NCBI RefSeq assembly: GCF_009914755.1
Contig: NC_060932.1
DNA from: the human T2T-CHM13v2.0 reference genome, Homo sapiens
Direction: 5' to 3' (one strand)
Length of the DNA: 64,000 bases
Positions 49,664 to 64,000 of this stretch are shown here, one piece after another; the first letter of the stretch is position 1; the number at the start of each line of letters is the position of its first letter. Position numbers and translations under genes: made by a program. The notes beneath the pieces were generated by a model. The model was not told the origin of the DNA. It was given only the letters and a program-made list of their open reading frames with translations, and ran no database searches.

Positions 49664-50868
49664 CCGTCGAGCCGTTGGCAAAGCCTGGGCTGCGCTGGGC
49701 TGCTCCGGGCCGCAGGAACGCCCGAGGGGAAGAGGGCCGGGCGGGCGGCGGCGCAGGGCTCCGGAGGCAGGCGACGGCCGCAGCGGCACAGAAGACGGCG
49801 GAAGGCGCTGCGAAAGTCCGGGCTGCGGCAGTAGATGAGCGGGTTGAAGGCAGAATTGGCATAACCTAGCCAGTTCAGGGCAAGGAAAGCCGGGCCCGGG
49901 ACTAGAGAGGGGCCCCCCAGGGCGCGCAGCACGTTGGCCAGAAAGAAGGGCAACCAGCAGAGAGTGAAGGTGCCCATGATGAGACCCAAGGTGCACAGGG
50001 CCCGGTGTTCCCGGAGAGGCAGGAGGCGCGCGGGCCGCCGGCCGCAGGCGGGCACCCCTTCGGGCGGAGCGCACGTCCCCACCGGGGCCGGGGCCAGAGA
50101 GCGCGACGGCGCCGGCGGAGACTCCTCGGGCGGAAAGCGGCCCAGCTCCCCGCGCAGCAAGCGCAGCTGGCGCGTAGCCACCACGAAAACCCGCGCGTAG
50201 ACGAAGAGCATCACGAGAAGAGGAAGGTAGAAGGAGACGGAGGAGGACAGCAGCACGTAGGGCATGTTGGAGGCGAAGGCACAGCAGCGCGGGTTGGAGT
50301 GGCAGCGCTGCGCCTCGGCGTCGGCCCCTACGCGCCACCACTGGCTCATGATGGGCGCAAACGACACCGCGGCCGACACGACCCACACCAGGACCACAGC
50401 TGTCCGGGCGCAGCGCTTGGTGACCAGTGCGCCGTAACGCAGCGGGTTGGTCACAGCCAGGTAGCGGTCCACGGCCAGGGCGCACAGGGTTTCGATGCTG
50501 GCGGTCACACACAGCACGTCCACCGAGGTCCACAGCTCGCAGCCAGTGGCGCCCAACGGCCAGTGGCCAGTCAGCGCCAAGGTGGCCGCCGGCGGCACCA
50601 CCAGGAGTCCCATCACCAGGTCGGCTGCGGCCAGCGAAGTCACGAACACGTTGGTCATGGTCTGGAGTCTCGGAGTCCAGGCGATGGCCACGATGACCAG
50701 CAGGTTGCCTCCCACGGTGGCCAGCACCGCCAGCGCCAGCAGGGCCCCGGCTAGGGCCGCCTCCCACGGAACCCCTGGCAGCCCACTGGTGTTGGCGGTA
50801 TTGGGCGCCAGGGTGGGGAGGTCCGGCCATGGGGCAAGAGAGCTGTTCTCGTGAGGCCACGGAGCCAT
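49664..50868 (-). CDS. ADRB3: Beta-3 adrenergic receptor exon 1 (7TM class A GPCR, codons 1-402 partial), 1205 nt
   Basis: [19 protein letters not shown]... with GN (TM1), LAAAD (TM2), SVDVLC (amine-binding Asp), DRY, SSSVSF (TM5 serines), CWLPFF and NPLIY; donor GG|GTAGGT at 49663. Confidence 0.99.
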
Positions 50869-50931
50869 CCCCGGGTCGCGCGTGGGGCGGTAGGGAAAGA
50901 AGGAAGGAGGGGGTCTCCCAAATCACCTGGC

Positions 50932-50982
50932 TCAGGGGAGGGGACAGCAAGGCATGAGAGCGACTTCCCCAGCCTGGGCCAT
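50932..50982 (-). other. Upstream ORF in the ADRB3 5' leader, MAQAGEVALMPCCPLP* (16 aa)
   Basis: gagaagATGG context (A-3, G+4); second in-frame ATG at 50955; TGA at 50934-50932, 63 nt before the main ATG. Confidence 0.6.
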
Positions 50983-51772
50983 CTTCTCTAGCTGTCCCAG
51001 CCAGAGCGCTCAGCCTCCCCCCACCCCAACTCCCTCGGTGCCACCGCTCTTGGGGGAGGAGTAGCGACGCTTAAAGGGGCAGCTGCCTATAGTCTGGAGG
51101 GGCCTCTGGAGCCGAATTGGAGAGTGGGGAGGATGGCCAATGGGATGCTCCACGTTTCCTTTAGCTAAATCTGGAGGAAGGGACACCGTGGTTCCTCTGC
51201 CACCATCTGTCCACCCCTGCCGTGGCCAGGCTCCTGGACTCAGCATAGCACTCCCTGGGCACTGGCTTCCTGGAGCCCTGCACCTCCTTTCCCAGAAGTT
51301 CCCACAGCAAGGCAGGGGAAGGAGAGAGGAGAGCGCTCCCATCCCCACCCTTTATGTATCAGAGGCAAAGGTAACCCGCTGGAGTCAAGCAAAGGATTCA
51401 CAGGAGCCCCGCATCCACTTGGGTGGCCTCCCCTAAGGTATTTTAAATTAAGTAATAGGGCTCAGCCAGTATCTCCTCTCCCAAGACCTCAGCTTGGTGA
51501 GATCTGTCCCCTTTCCCTTCTGTTTCAGTTACCTTCTCTTTCCTTCTAGCTTTTTGTTTTTTTTAATATTTTCAGGTACTGAGGAAATTTACCATATTTC
51601 AAGTCTCTCTCTCTCTCTATTTTTCCCAGGCTGGCTTTGAACTCCCGGGCTCAAGCCACCCTCCTGTCCCAGCCTCCTGAGTAGTTGGAATTGCAGGCGT
51701 GAACCACTAGGAGGCTCAGGAGTCTTTTTCTTTTTCTTTTTCTTTTTCTTTTCTTTTTTTTTTTTTTTTTGA

Positions 51773-51994
<222 letters not shown>

Positions 51995-52448
51995 TGATCC
52001 GCCCGCCTCGGCCTCCCAAAGTGCTGGGATTACAGGCGTGAGCCATCGCGCCCGGCCAGGAGTCTTTTTCATTGCTAGCTCTGGATTTGCATTTGGATTT
52101 GGCACTATGTAGTCTGGGATGCTGAAGAATTTCAATTTCTCCATCTTCCCCACTCTGCACTGCCCCTTCCATGCACCTTTCCACCTAGAGATTTTCTAGA
52201 TAGCCCCTTCTCTTAAAATCTTTCTGCTATAAAGACATATTAAAAATGGATGAATCAACAGGTGGGCGCGGTGGCTCACGCCTGTAATCCCAGCACTTTG
52301 GGAGGTCGAGGTGGGCAGATCACCTGAGGTCAGGAGTTCAAGACCAGCCTGAACAACAAGGAGAAACCCTGTCTCTACTAAAAATACAAAAAAAAAAAAA
52401 AAAAATTAGCCAGGTGTGGTGGCGCATGCCTGTAATCCCAGCTACTCA

Positions 52449-52553
<105 letters not shown>

Positions 52554-52857
52554 TCAGAAAAAAAAAAAAAAAAAAAAAAAAGAAAGGATGAATCAAGAGG
52601 CTGAGAGGAGAGGATCGCTTGAGCCCAGGAGTTCAAGGTTACAGTGATCTGTGATCATGCTACTACTGCACTCCAGCTTGGAAGACGGCAAGAAGCAAGA
52701 CCCTATTTTAAAAAAAAAAATGGGTAAATGGGTGACTGGGTATGAGGCAGGTCCACCATCCCCCCAAACTATACACAACTCTTCCATTGCCATCTCCCCA
52801 ATGGTAAGTGTTCGCTCCACTTCCTTTAGGTTTTTTGTTTGTTTATTTGTTTTTTGA

Positions 52858-52983
<126 letters not shown>

Positions 52984-54795
52984 TAGCTGGGATGAGCATG
53001 TGCCACCAAGCCCAGCAAATTTTTGTATTTTTAGTAGAGACGGGGTTTCACCATGTTGGCCAGGCTGGTCTCAAACTCCTGACCTCAGATGATCCACCCG
53101 CCTCGGCCTCCCAGAATGCTGGGATTACAGGTGTGAGTCACCGTGTCCGGACTTCCTTAAGGATTTCATTCATTAACTTTTAAAAACTAGAAGGCGTTGA
53201 GTTGAGGAATTCATGCGTTCATTTTTGAGCGTGTGTGGTGGCAGGCCTGGTGTTTCAAAGCCTCTGAAGTCTCTTAGGCGGTTCCACCAGAGGCTTCCCT
53301 CTTCCTCTTCCCTTCTCCCTGCCCTCACTCAAGACTTGCAAGGCTTCCTTTTTCCAGCCCCTGCTCTCTCAATCTCTAAACCAGTTCCTCTCAGATTGCG
53401 TACGGGGAGGGGGGCGCTGGAAAATAAAGCCCCAGGGTTCAAGTGGAGAGGCAGGAAGATGTGACACCTTATCAGGGACTATCAGGACCTGATTCTTGAG
53501 CTATCATGCTTCCTCCTCTGAAACAATGGGACAAAGGGGGAAAAATTATCATGGAAAATGCCTCCAGGGCTATGCCCTGGCAGGTCTCTGAACAGCTCTA
53601 TATTTCGAGAGAACACTTTATAGTCACTGGTATGAACAATCCCTCTGGGAGGCTGAGCTGGGGGCTGGGAGTTAGGAAGGTTGCAGGGGAATTCAGAACC
53701 TAAAATTATCCCCAAGGAAAAAGAACCAGCCTCGTCTCCCAGGGACCCAGCTGCTCACCCATGAGCAGGGTTTGTCTTGGGCTCCCAAGCAAGTGACTTC
53801 TATGCCCATGAAGAACCCCAAGCAGGCCTTTGGATCCATGGAAATCCATGGGGGTGAAAGTGAAGAGGCAGCCTCTGGCCCCTTCCACCTCTTACTGCCC
53901 CCACTCAAGTCATGACAGAGTGGTGCAGGCCCCACTGGGCACAGAGTCTTGGCTGTGGCTTCCTGTTGACCAGCAAGGCAGTCACTCCCAAGTAGGGTTT
54001 TGCAGCACCCCAGAGTGTTGTTGCCAGTTATCTCAAAGGGATATCATAAGATTCCCAAAAAGTAATCTCCAAAATCAATGCATGCCATTCAGCAATTTTT
54101 TTCCAGGACATCAGCATTGGAGGGGGAAGGGAAAGGGGTGCCGGAAAGTGAAGCAACCTCAATGATGTCAATGCCTTAGGGGTGACCTTGTAATTTGGAA
54201 GAAGTGTGTAAAAATGTTTAACATTTTCAAAAAAGACAGGATTTCTCAAACCACCTGAGTGTGCCTGAGTTTGGGGAATGATTAGGCCAATAACCAAACG
54301 ACACTGTAAGAAGAGAAATTTCTGACTCCGGTTAGGGATGGTTTTATGAGCAAATCCATCAATGTTGAGACACTTGGCTTCTTCCTCCTCTGCCAACTCA
54401 TCCCTGCTCTCATTCCTCAGTCTGGTTTTCCCCCGCCCAAGCAGATGGCAGGGGGAAGGGCTCCCTCTTTTGCCACCTTAGTCTATAGACTATTGGGTCT
54501 CTTTTGTGATTTTGTGTTTTATAACTTAATATTTTGAATAGATTATACGTGCACATTATTCAACCATCAAAATATAACAAATGCATATAATAGAGACTTG
54601 CCTTCATCCCAGTTTTCATCTCCCTAGCAGGTAACTACCATTAGTCTCTGGTTTATCCCTCGGCTCATATTTTATATAGATACAAGTCAATACAAATATA
54701 TATATTCTTTTATCCTTTCTTTTCTATACAAATAGCAGTCATATATACCCACTGTTCTGCACCTTGCTTATTTTAATTTGACTATGTATCTGTGA

Positions 54796-55188
<393 letters not shown>

Positions 55189-57196
55189 TGAAACCAGTCT
55201 GCTACTGATAGACATCGAGCTTACTTCTTATCTTTACTAACAGATGATGTTGCAATGAATAACTTAAACACATGTCATTTCACCTGTATGTGAGTATATT
55301 CTACAAATAGATTTTGCTATGTTATAAGGTCTATGCATTTGCAAATTTGAAAGATACTGCCAAATGGTCTTCCCTGGGGATGTACCCAATTATACTCTCA
55401 CCTTCATTTTTGATGGTCAGCAGAGGGGTGGAGACAGCTGGCCTACTGTTCTGGGAAGTCGTCCTAATGACTGGCCCGAGGGGAATTAGTACTGCCTGGG
55501 CCGGAGAGGTCATCCAACTCGGGATAGAAGTGTACATTGCCCAGAGAGAGCACTGCGCTGGCCCTCAGCCCCCAGATGACCTTTGTTCTGTGCCCTTGGA
55601 AGCAGGCAGCGTCTGTGGGCCTCTGAATGCACTGAGTTCAGGCCCTCAGGCTGCTGTTTACATGTTGGTGCTCGGGGGTTATGTGCCAGGGAGAATAGCT
55701 CTGTGATTTAGAATATGTGTCTGGCAGAGCCAGAAGTGGCAGCAGCCGCCTGATGAGCAGAAGTTCTAACAGCAGGGAAGAGTACTCTCTCCTGTGAACA
55801 TCATGATTGGGTGCATGTATATGTGTGTCTGTATATGTTCATGTGAGGTGGACTAAAGAAGCCAAAAAGAGTTCAGGTGATCGCAGCCTTATACCCTGTC
55901 TAAGACTACATGCGTAACAGGCAGTTCTATTCTAACATTCATAATCCACCCTTCTGGCTTTAAAGTTCTTGGAATGGAGCAAAAACTAGGTGGAAGTTTT
56001 TGCTACCCCTTTACCCTGTCTCTCCTCTCCATTGCCCACAGCAACCATCCATTCATTTTTATGAAATCATGCGTGTATATGTGGCCTCTGAGCAGCTGGT
56101 TTGGTGTTTGCTGTTTCTTCTTTCGTCACAAATAGTCTAGGGGCATAGGGTGGAGGTGGCAGAGCATAAGCGCTAAAAACAGTCTTAACGGTCAAATCCA
56201 GCACCAACACTTTACAGAATTGAAAACCTGAGGCCCAGGCTGGGTGCGGTGGCTCACGCCTGTAATCCCAGCACTTTGGGAGGCCGAGGCAGGAAGATCA
56301 CTTGAAGTCAGGAGTTCGAGACCAGCTTGGCCAACATGGTGAAACCCTGTCTCTACAAAACTACAAATATTAGCCAGGCGTGGTGGTGGGCGCCTATAAT
56401 CCCAGCTACTCAGGATGTGGAGGCTTGAGAATCGCTTGAATCCAGGAGGCGGAGGATGCAGTGAGCCTAGATCAGGCCACTGCACTCCAGCCTAGGTGGC
56501 AGAGCGAGACTCTGACTCAAAAAATAAATAAATAAATAAAATAAAAAATAAAGAAAAGAAAACCTGAGGCCCAGAGAGGAAATGGAGGCTTGTCCATTAT
56601 AACACAGTAAAGGTTTGTTTCTTTTTTTTTTTTTTTCATCTTGTGGAAAGTGTGCAGTAAAGGTTCATTTCTAACAGGTACACAGGCATCCAAGGAGTTG
56701 GTCCCTTTTCCAAAACAACTTCCTTCACTCCCAGCCAGGCTGTGGCTGGTGCCACCTGCCAGTCTGCCTTCTCCAGGCCCCCACCATGGCAATGGCCCAC
56801 CATCTAACCAGAAGGCAGAGAGATAAAAACTATCAGAACTGAAAAGAAGCCCCTAAGCTAAGACTTTTCTTGTATTCTGTAATGTGGCACAGCCAACTCT
56901 GCACACACCTGATTTGTTTCCCAAGGTCAGATCCAGAGGACTTGAAGGGGAGACAGAAGGGATCTCCTTTATGCGGAAACCAAAGGCATTCTGGTGCCTA
57001 AGGACTGGCCTGGAATGAAAGCCTTATGCCTGGGGAGACAGGGGTGGACAGGGAGTGTGTTCTAGCAGTGCCTTCTCTTTTAGCTCCTGGTCATAAATGG
57101 AAGAAGGGACCAAGAAATGCTTCTTTCTCTCCTGAGGTAGGAAGAGAAATCCTTCTTCCAGTTTCTGAATAATCATTGAACTTTTGCAAGTGGCAC

Positions 57197-57265
57197 GAAG
57201 GAAGGAAGGAAGAAAGGAAGGAAGGAAGGAAGGAAGGAAGGAAGGAAGGAAGGAAGGAAGGAAGG
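57197..57265 (+). repeat. (GGAA)n microsatellite: 3 GGAA + GAAA + 12 uninterrupted GGAA
   Basis: Read and counted directly. Confidence 0.97.
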
Positions 57266-57410
57266 TCATTGAGATCCCTGACTATTGGAGAAGCTGCTCC
57301 CCAGAGGCTGGGAGAGGTCACGAGTCCCACCTACAACCCAGGCCCAAATGCTTAGGCTTCCTTCCAGGAGGTAAGAGAGGGATCAAGCCAGAGGGGGAAA
57401 GAGAAAGCAG

Positions 57411-58337
<927 letters not shown>

Positions 58338-59640
58338 GCAGGAGGGGTTGCCCACCAACCCAGTGGTAAGTTTCTAGCATCGCCTTTCAAGTCACCCCTA
58401 GATGCTGCTTTGGCTGGCTTCTTTGCATCCACCCAAGCTGGAGTGCAGTGGCATGATCTCGGCTCCCTGCAACCTCTGCCTCCCAGGTTCAAAAATTCCC
58501 CTGCCTCAGCCTCCCGAGTAGCTGGGACTACAGGCGCACATCACCATGCCCAGCTAATATTTGTATTTTTAGTAGACGCAGGGTTTCACCATGTTGGCCA
58601 GGCTGGTCTCGAACTGCTGACCACAAGTGATCTGCCCACCTCAGCCTCCCAAAGTGTATTTATTTATTTTATAGACAAGGTATTACTCTGTCACCCAGGC
58701 TGGAGTACAGTGGTTCAATCAGAGTTCACTGCAGCCTTGAACTCCCAGGCTCAAGTGATCCTCCCTCCTCAGCCTCCTAAGTAGCTGGGGCTATAGGTAC
58801 CCCCCACCATGCTTACTATTTTCTTTGATGTTTTGTAGAGCTGGAGTCTCACTCTCTTGCCCAGGCTGGTCTTGAACTCCTGGCATCAAGTGATCTTCCC
58901 ACCTCAGCTTCCCAAAGTGCTGAGATTACAGGTGAGAGCCACCCACTTTCTTTGATGGAAGGAGGCAGCACAGAGGAGGGCAGATCCTCCATGCTGCTTG
59001 GTCCATGCTCTCCTCTCCCTTCCTTCCCTAGGAGGGAAAGCTCAGACAAGGCTGGAACCTTTCTGCCTCCCAAAGAAGCTGGTACTAGAGCTAAAACACT
59101 CTCTGATCCCTTCCCTCCTACCAACCACATCTTTCCCCTGGGAAGCAAGTGCTGGGGAAAGAGCAGCTGGTGCTGGGAGGGAAAGAAGACAGGACACTGA
59201 GGATGGCTCCTCCCCAGTGGGGAAGCCAGTGCTGGGTTTTATCAAATGCCTTTAATTAAGAAAGGAGTGAGGAGCTTTCCTGGCTGCAAAGAGGAGGGAA
59301 GCGGAGCCCCCCATGCCCTGGCACATGGCTGAGGGCCCCTCAAGAAAGCATCAAGAGAATGGTCAGGATCCAGATGCCAGTGGGAGAGGGTGTGGTGGGA
59401 GAAAAGAGAAGTGTTTCCTGTTTTTGAAGAAGTCATGGATGGGAAAAATGCTACTTTTTTTTTTTCAGTCCCAAGAGGTGGCAGGGCATCTTGCTTTCCA
59501 GTCAGGATCGGATTCTCTTCCCCGCCATGATAAATTGAAAATGGGCTGGCCGGGTGTGGTGGCTCACGCCTATAATCCCAGCAGTTTGGGAGGCCAAGGC
59601 GGAGGATCACAAGGTCAGGAGTTTGAGACCAGCCTGGTCA

Positions 59641-60111
<471 letters not shown>

Positions 60112-61398
60112 CTAAAATAAATCAATAAATAGGAGGGGAGGAAGAGAAGCCACTCAGCCTAAGTCATCACAGGACAACCTGGCTGGTAGGGCTGCAGCAC
60201 CCTGGGGCATCCAGCCTTTCCTTCACTCCTCACACTTTTTCCAAGCCCCTACTTGTCCTTGGCCAGTCTGCACCTTCAGTGTGCTGATGGAGAGGTGACT
60301 AGGACCCGGTCCCTGCCCCTGGGTAGGGAGCTCCCAGCCCCACAGAGAAAGTTTCGTTTTTACTTTGTTCCGCCAAAGGAGTCTTGCCAGTCCTGTGGGA
60401 GAGGCAGCTTTCGGCATAGATATTGGTAGGGTGGCTTTATCCCATCACGGAGAGGGGAAGGAAAGCAAGTGAAGGCATCTCCTGGGAAGACAAAGTTTAA
60501 TACATATTTAATTTAATCCTGACATATTTAATTTTTTTTTTTTTGAGACAGTTTCGTTCCGTTGCCCAGACTGGAGTGCAGTGGTGAGGCCTCAGCACAC
60601 TGCAGCCTCCACTTCCTGGCTTCAAGCGATTCTCCTGCTTCAGCCTCCTGAGTAGCTGGGATCACAGACGCCCACCAACATGCCTGGCTAATTTTTATAT
60701 TTTTAGTAGAACCAGGCCAGGCTGGTCTTGAACTCCTGACCTCAAGTGATCTGACTGCCTCGGCCTCCCGAAGTGCTGGGATTACAGGGGTGAGCCACCA
60801 TGCCCAGCTCACCTGCCCCTCACCAAGAGTCATCACATCCATATACATAGTCATGTACACCCAGTGGGTGGGTCCCCCCACTCACAGATGCAAGCCCACA
60901 CCTCCACGTGAAAGCCCAGAGACTGTACTCCACATGGGAATAAGCTGGGAATGAAGCGCCAGACCCCATGGCTGCAGAAAGCTCCAACCCTGGTGCAGAA
61001 GCGGAACCAGGTCAAGGGCCGGCACACTTGGCTGCATCTGTCACCACTCATCTCTGAGCCCTGGTGCTAGTGGCACAAACCTTTAGGTCCCCAGTCTGTT
61101 GTGGGAAAGTCCTTTGAAAGCATGAAAGGCAGAGCAACATAAATTAAACCCAGCAGCACAACCCCTGCTTGCTCAGAGGGAACAAGTCTCTGGATAGCAA
61201 GCTCTTCAAGTCTCAATGTCATTAAACAAGGACTGAGAAAGAATGCCTGCCCTGATGCGTCAATTACCCATCCATCAGTCAGCAAGTACGGGACACAGCT
61301 ATGTGCTAGGCACCAGGCTAGGGCCAGGTGCTGGAACATACCAAGAGGTGTCAGACACAATGGCCACCTTCAGATTCCACTCTAGAGGGAGAGGCTTA

Positions 61399-62006
<608 letters not shown>

Positions 62007-62027
62007 TCACCTGAGGTCAGGTGTTCA

Positions 62028-62399
<372 letters not shown>

Positions 62400-62847
62400 T
62401 CATTCTGTTGCCCTGGCGGGAGTGCAATGGTGTGATCAAAGCTCACAGCAGCCTCAAACTCCTGGGCTCAAGCGACCCTCCTGCCTCAGCCTCCTAGGTT
62501 GCTGGGACTACAAGCACTCACCACCACACCCAGCTAATTAAAAAAAATTTTTTTTTTTTTTGTAGAGATGGGTCTGTCTGTATAGCCCAGGCTGGTCTCA
62601 AACTCCTGGCCTCAACCAGTACTCCTGCCTTTGCCTCCCAAAGTGCTGGGACAAACTTACAGACCTGACACTCATTATGTTTTGGTCTTAGCCTCTCATC
62701 TTGAATTTGACAGAAGTGACACCTTCCTACAGGTCATATTATCTCCTGAAAAGTTTTCTCATTCCCAAGGCCAGCGATCCCACCACAGGCTTCCTGGAAC
62801 CACATCCTCTTCCCTACTGAACCTGCCACTAGGACCTGCATCCATCA

Positions 62848-63637
<790 letters not shown>

Positions 63638-64000
63638 TCAGGGATAAGAAGGTCTCCTCCTCCAAGGGAAAAAGATGTTTTCACCTTAAAATTTCATCAT
63701 TAGGCTGGGAATGGTGGCTCATTCCTATAATCCCCGCACTTTGGGAGGCAGAGGTGGGTGGGTAGATCTCTTGAGGCTGGCATTCCAGACCAGCCTAGGC
63801 AACATAGTGAGACCTCATTTCTACAAAAAATAGAAAAAATTAGCCAGGTGTGGTGGTGCACGCCTGCAGTCCTAGCTACTTGGGAGGCTGAGGTGGGAGG
63901 ACCCCTTGAGCCTGGGAGGTCAAGGTTTGCAGTGAGCTGTAATCACACCACTGTGCTCCAACCTGGGCAGCAGAGTGAAACCCTGTCTCAAAACAAAAAA

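Larger units (their letters stand above)
49370..51080. promoter_or_regulatory. CpG island covering ADRB3 exon 1, the proximal promoter and the start of the intron
   Basis: Very GC-rich with dense CpG, unlike the CpG-poor flanks. Confidence 0.9.

Noticed and set aside
50005-50854. Antisense ORFs (249 aa and 119 aa) over ADRB3
   Set aside because: Expected antisense shadows of a GC-rich CDS; mostly non-ATG starts; no independent support
49660-50868. Single-exon 402-aa ADRB3 as the main product
   Set aside because: A donor at 49663 and a good acceptor at 48639 give the known 408-aa form; 402 aa is kept only as a possible isoform

Overview
Human-type (primate) genomic DNA, very Alu-rich, containing two complete protein-coding genes on the minus strand. 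GOT1L1 (aspartate aminotransferase-like, 9 coding exons, 24429->18709, 421 aa) was reconstructed exon by exon with GT-AG junctions. ADRB3 (beta-3 adrenergic receptor, 2 coding exons, 50868->48617, 408 aa, Trp64 allele) lies in a CpG island. This gene pair matches the 8p11 locus as I recall it. The rest is mostly transposon-derived: a full-structure SVA with target-site duplication, many Alus, old L1/L2/MIR, MaLR and ERV1 LTRs, MER1 and a MADE1 mariner MITE. Almost all other ORFs in the track are Alu/SVA artefacts. I see no new multi-gene system. The best leads are regulatory or structural: a (GGAA)n microsatellite ~6.3 kb upstream of ADRB3 (candidate EWSR1-FLI1/ETS enhancer), a strong-Kozak 16-codon uORF in the ADRB3 leader, a tandem stop-containing splice donor and a full-length alternative frame in ADRB3, loss of the substrate-binding arginines in GOT1L1, and a GOT1L1 poly(A) signal inside the last codons. 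Repeat subfamily names and boundaries are by eye and approximate.
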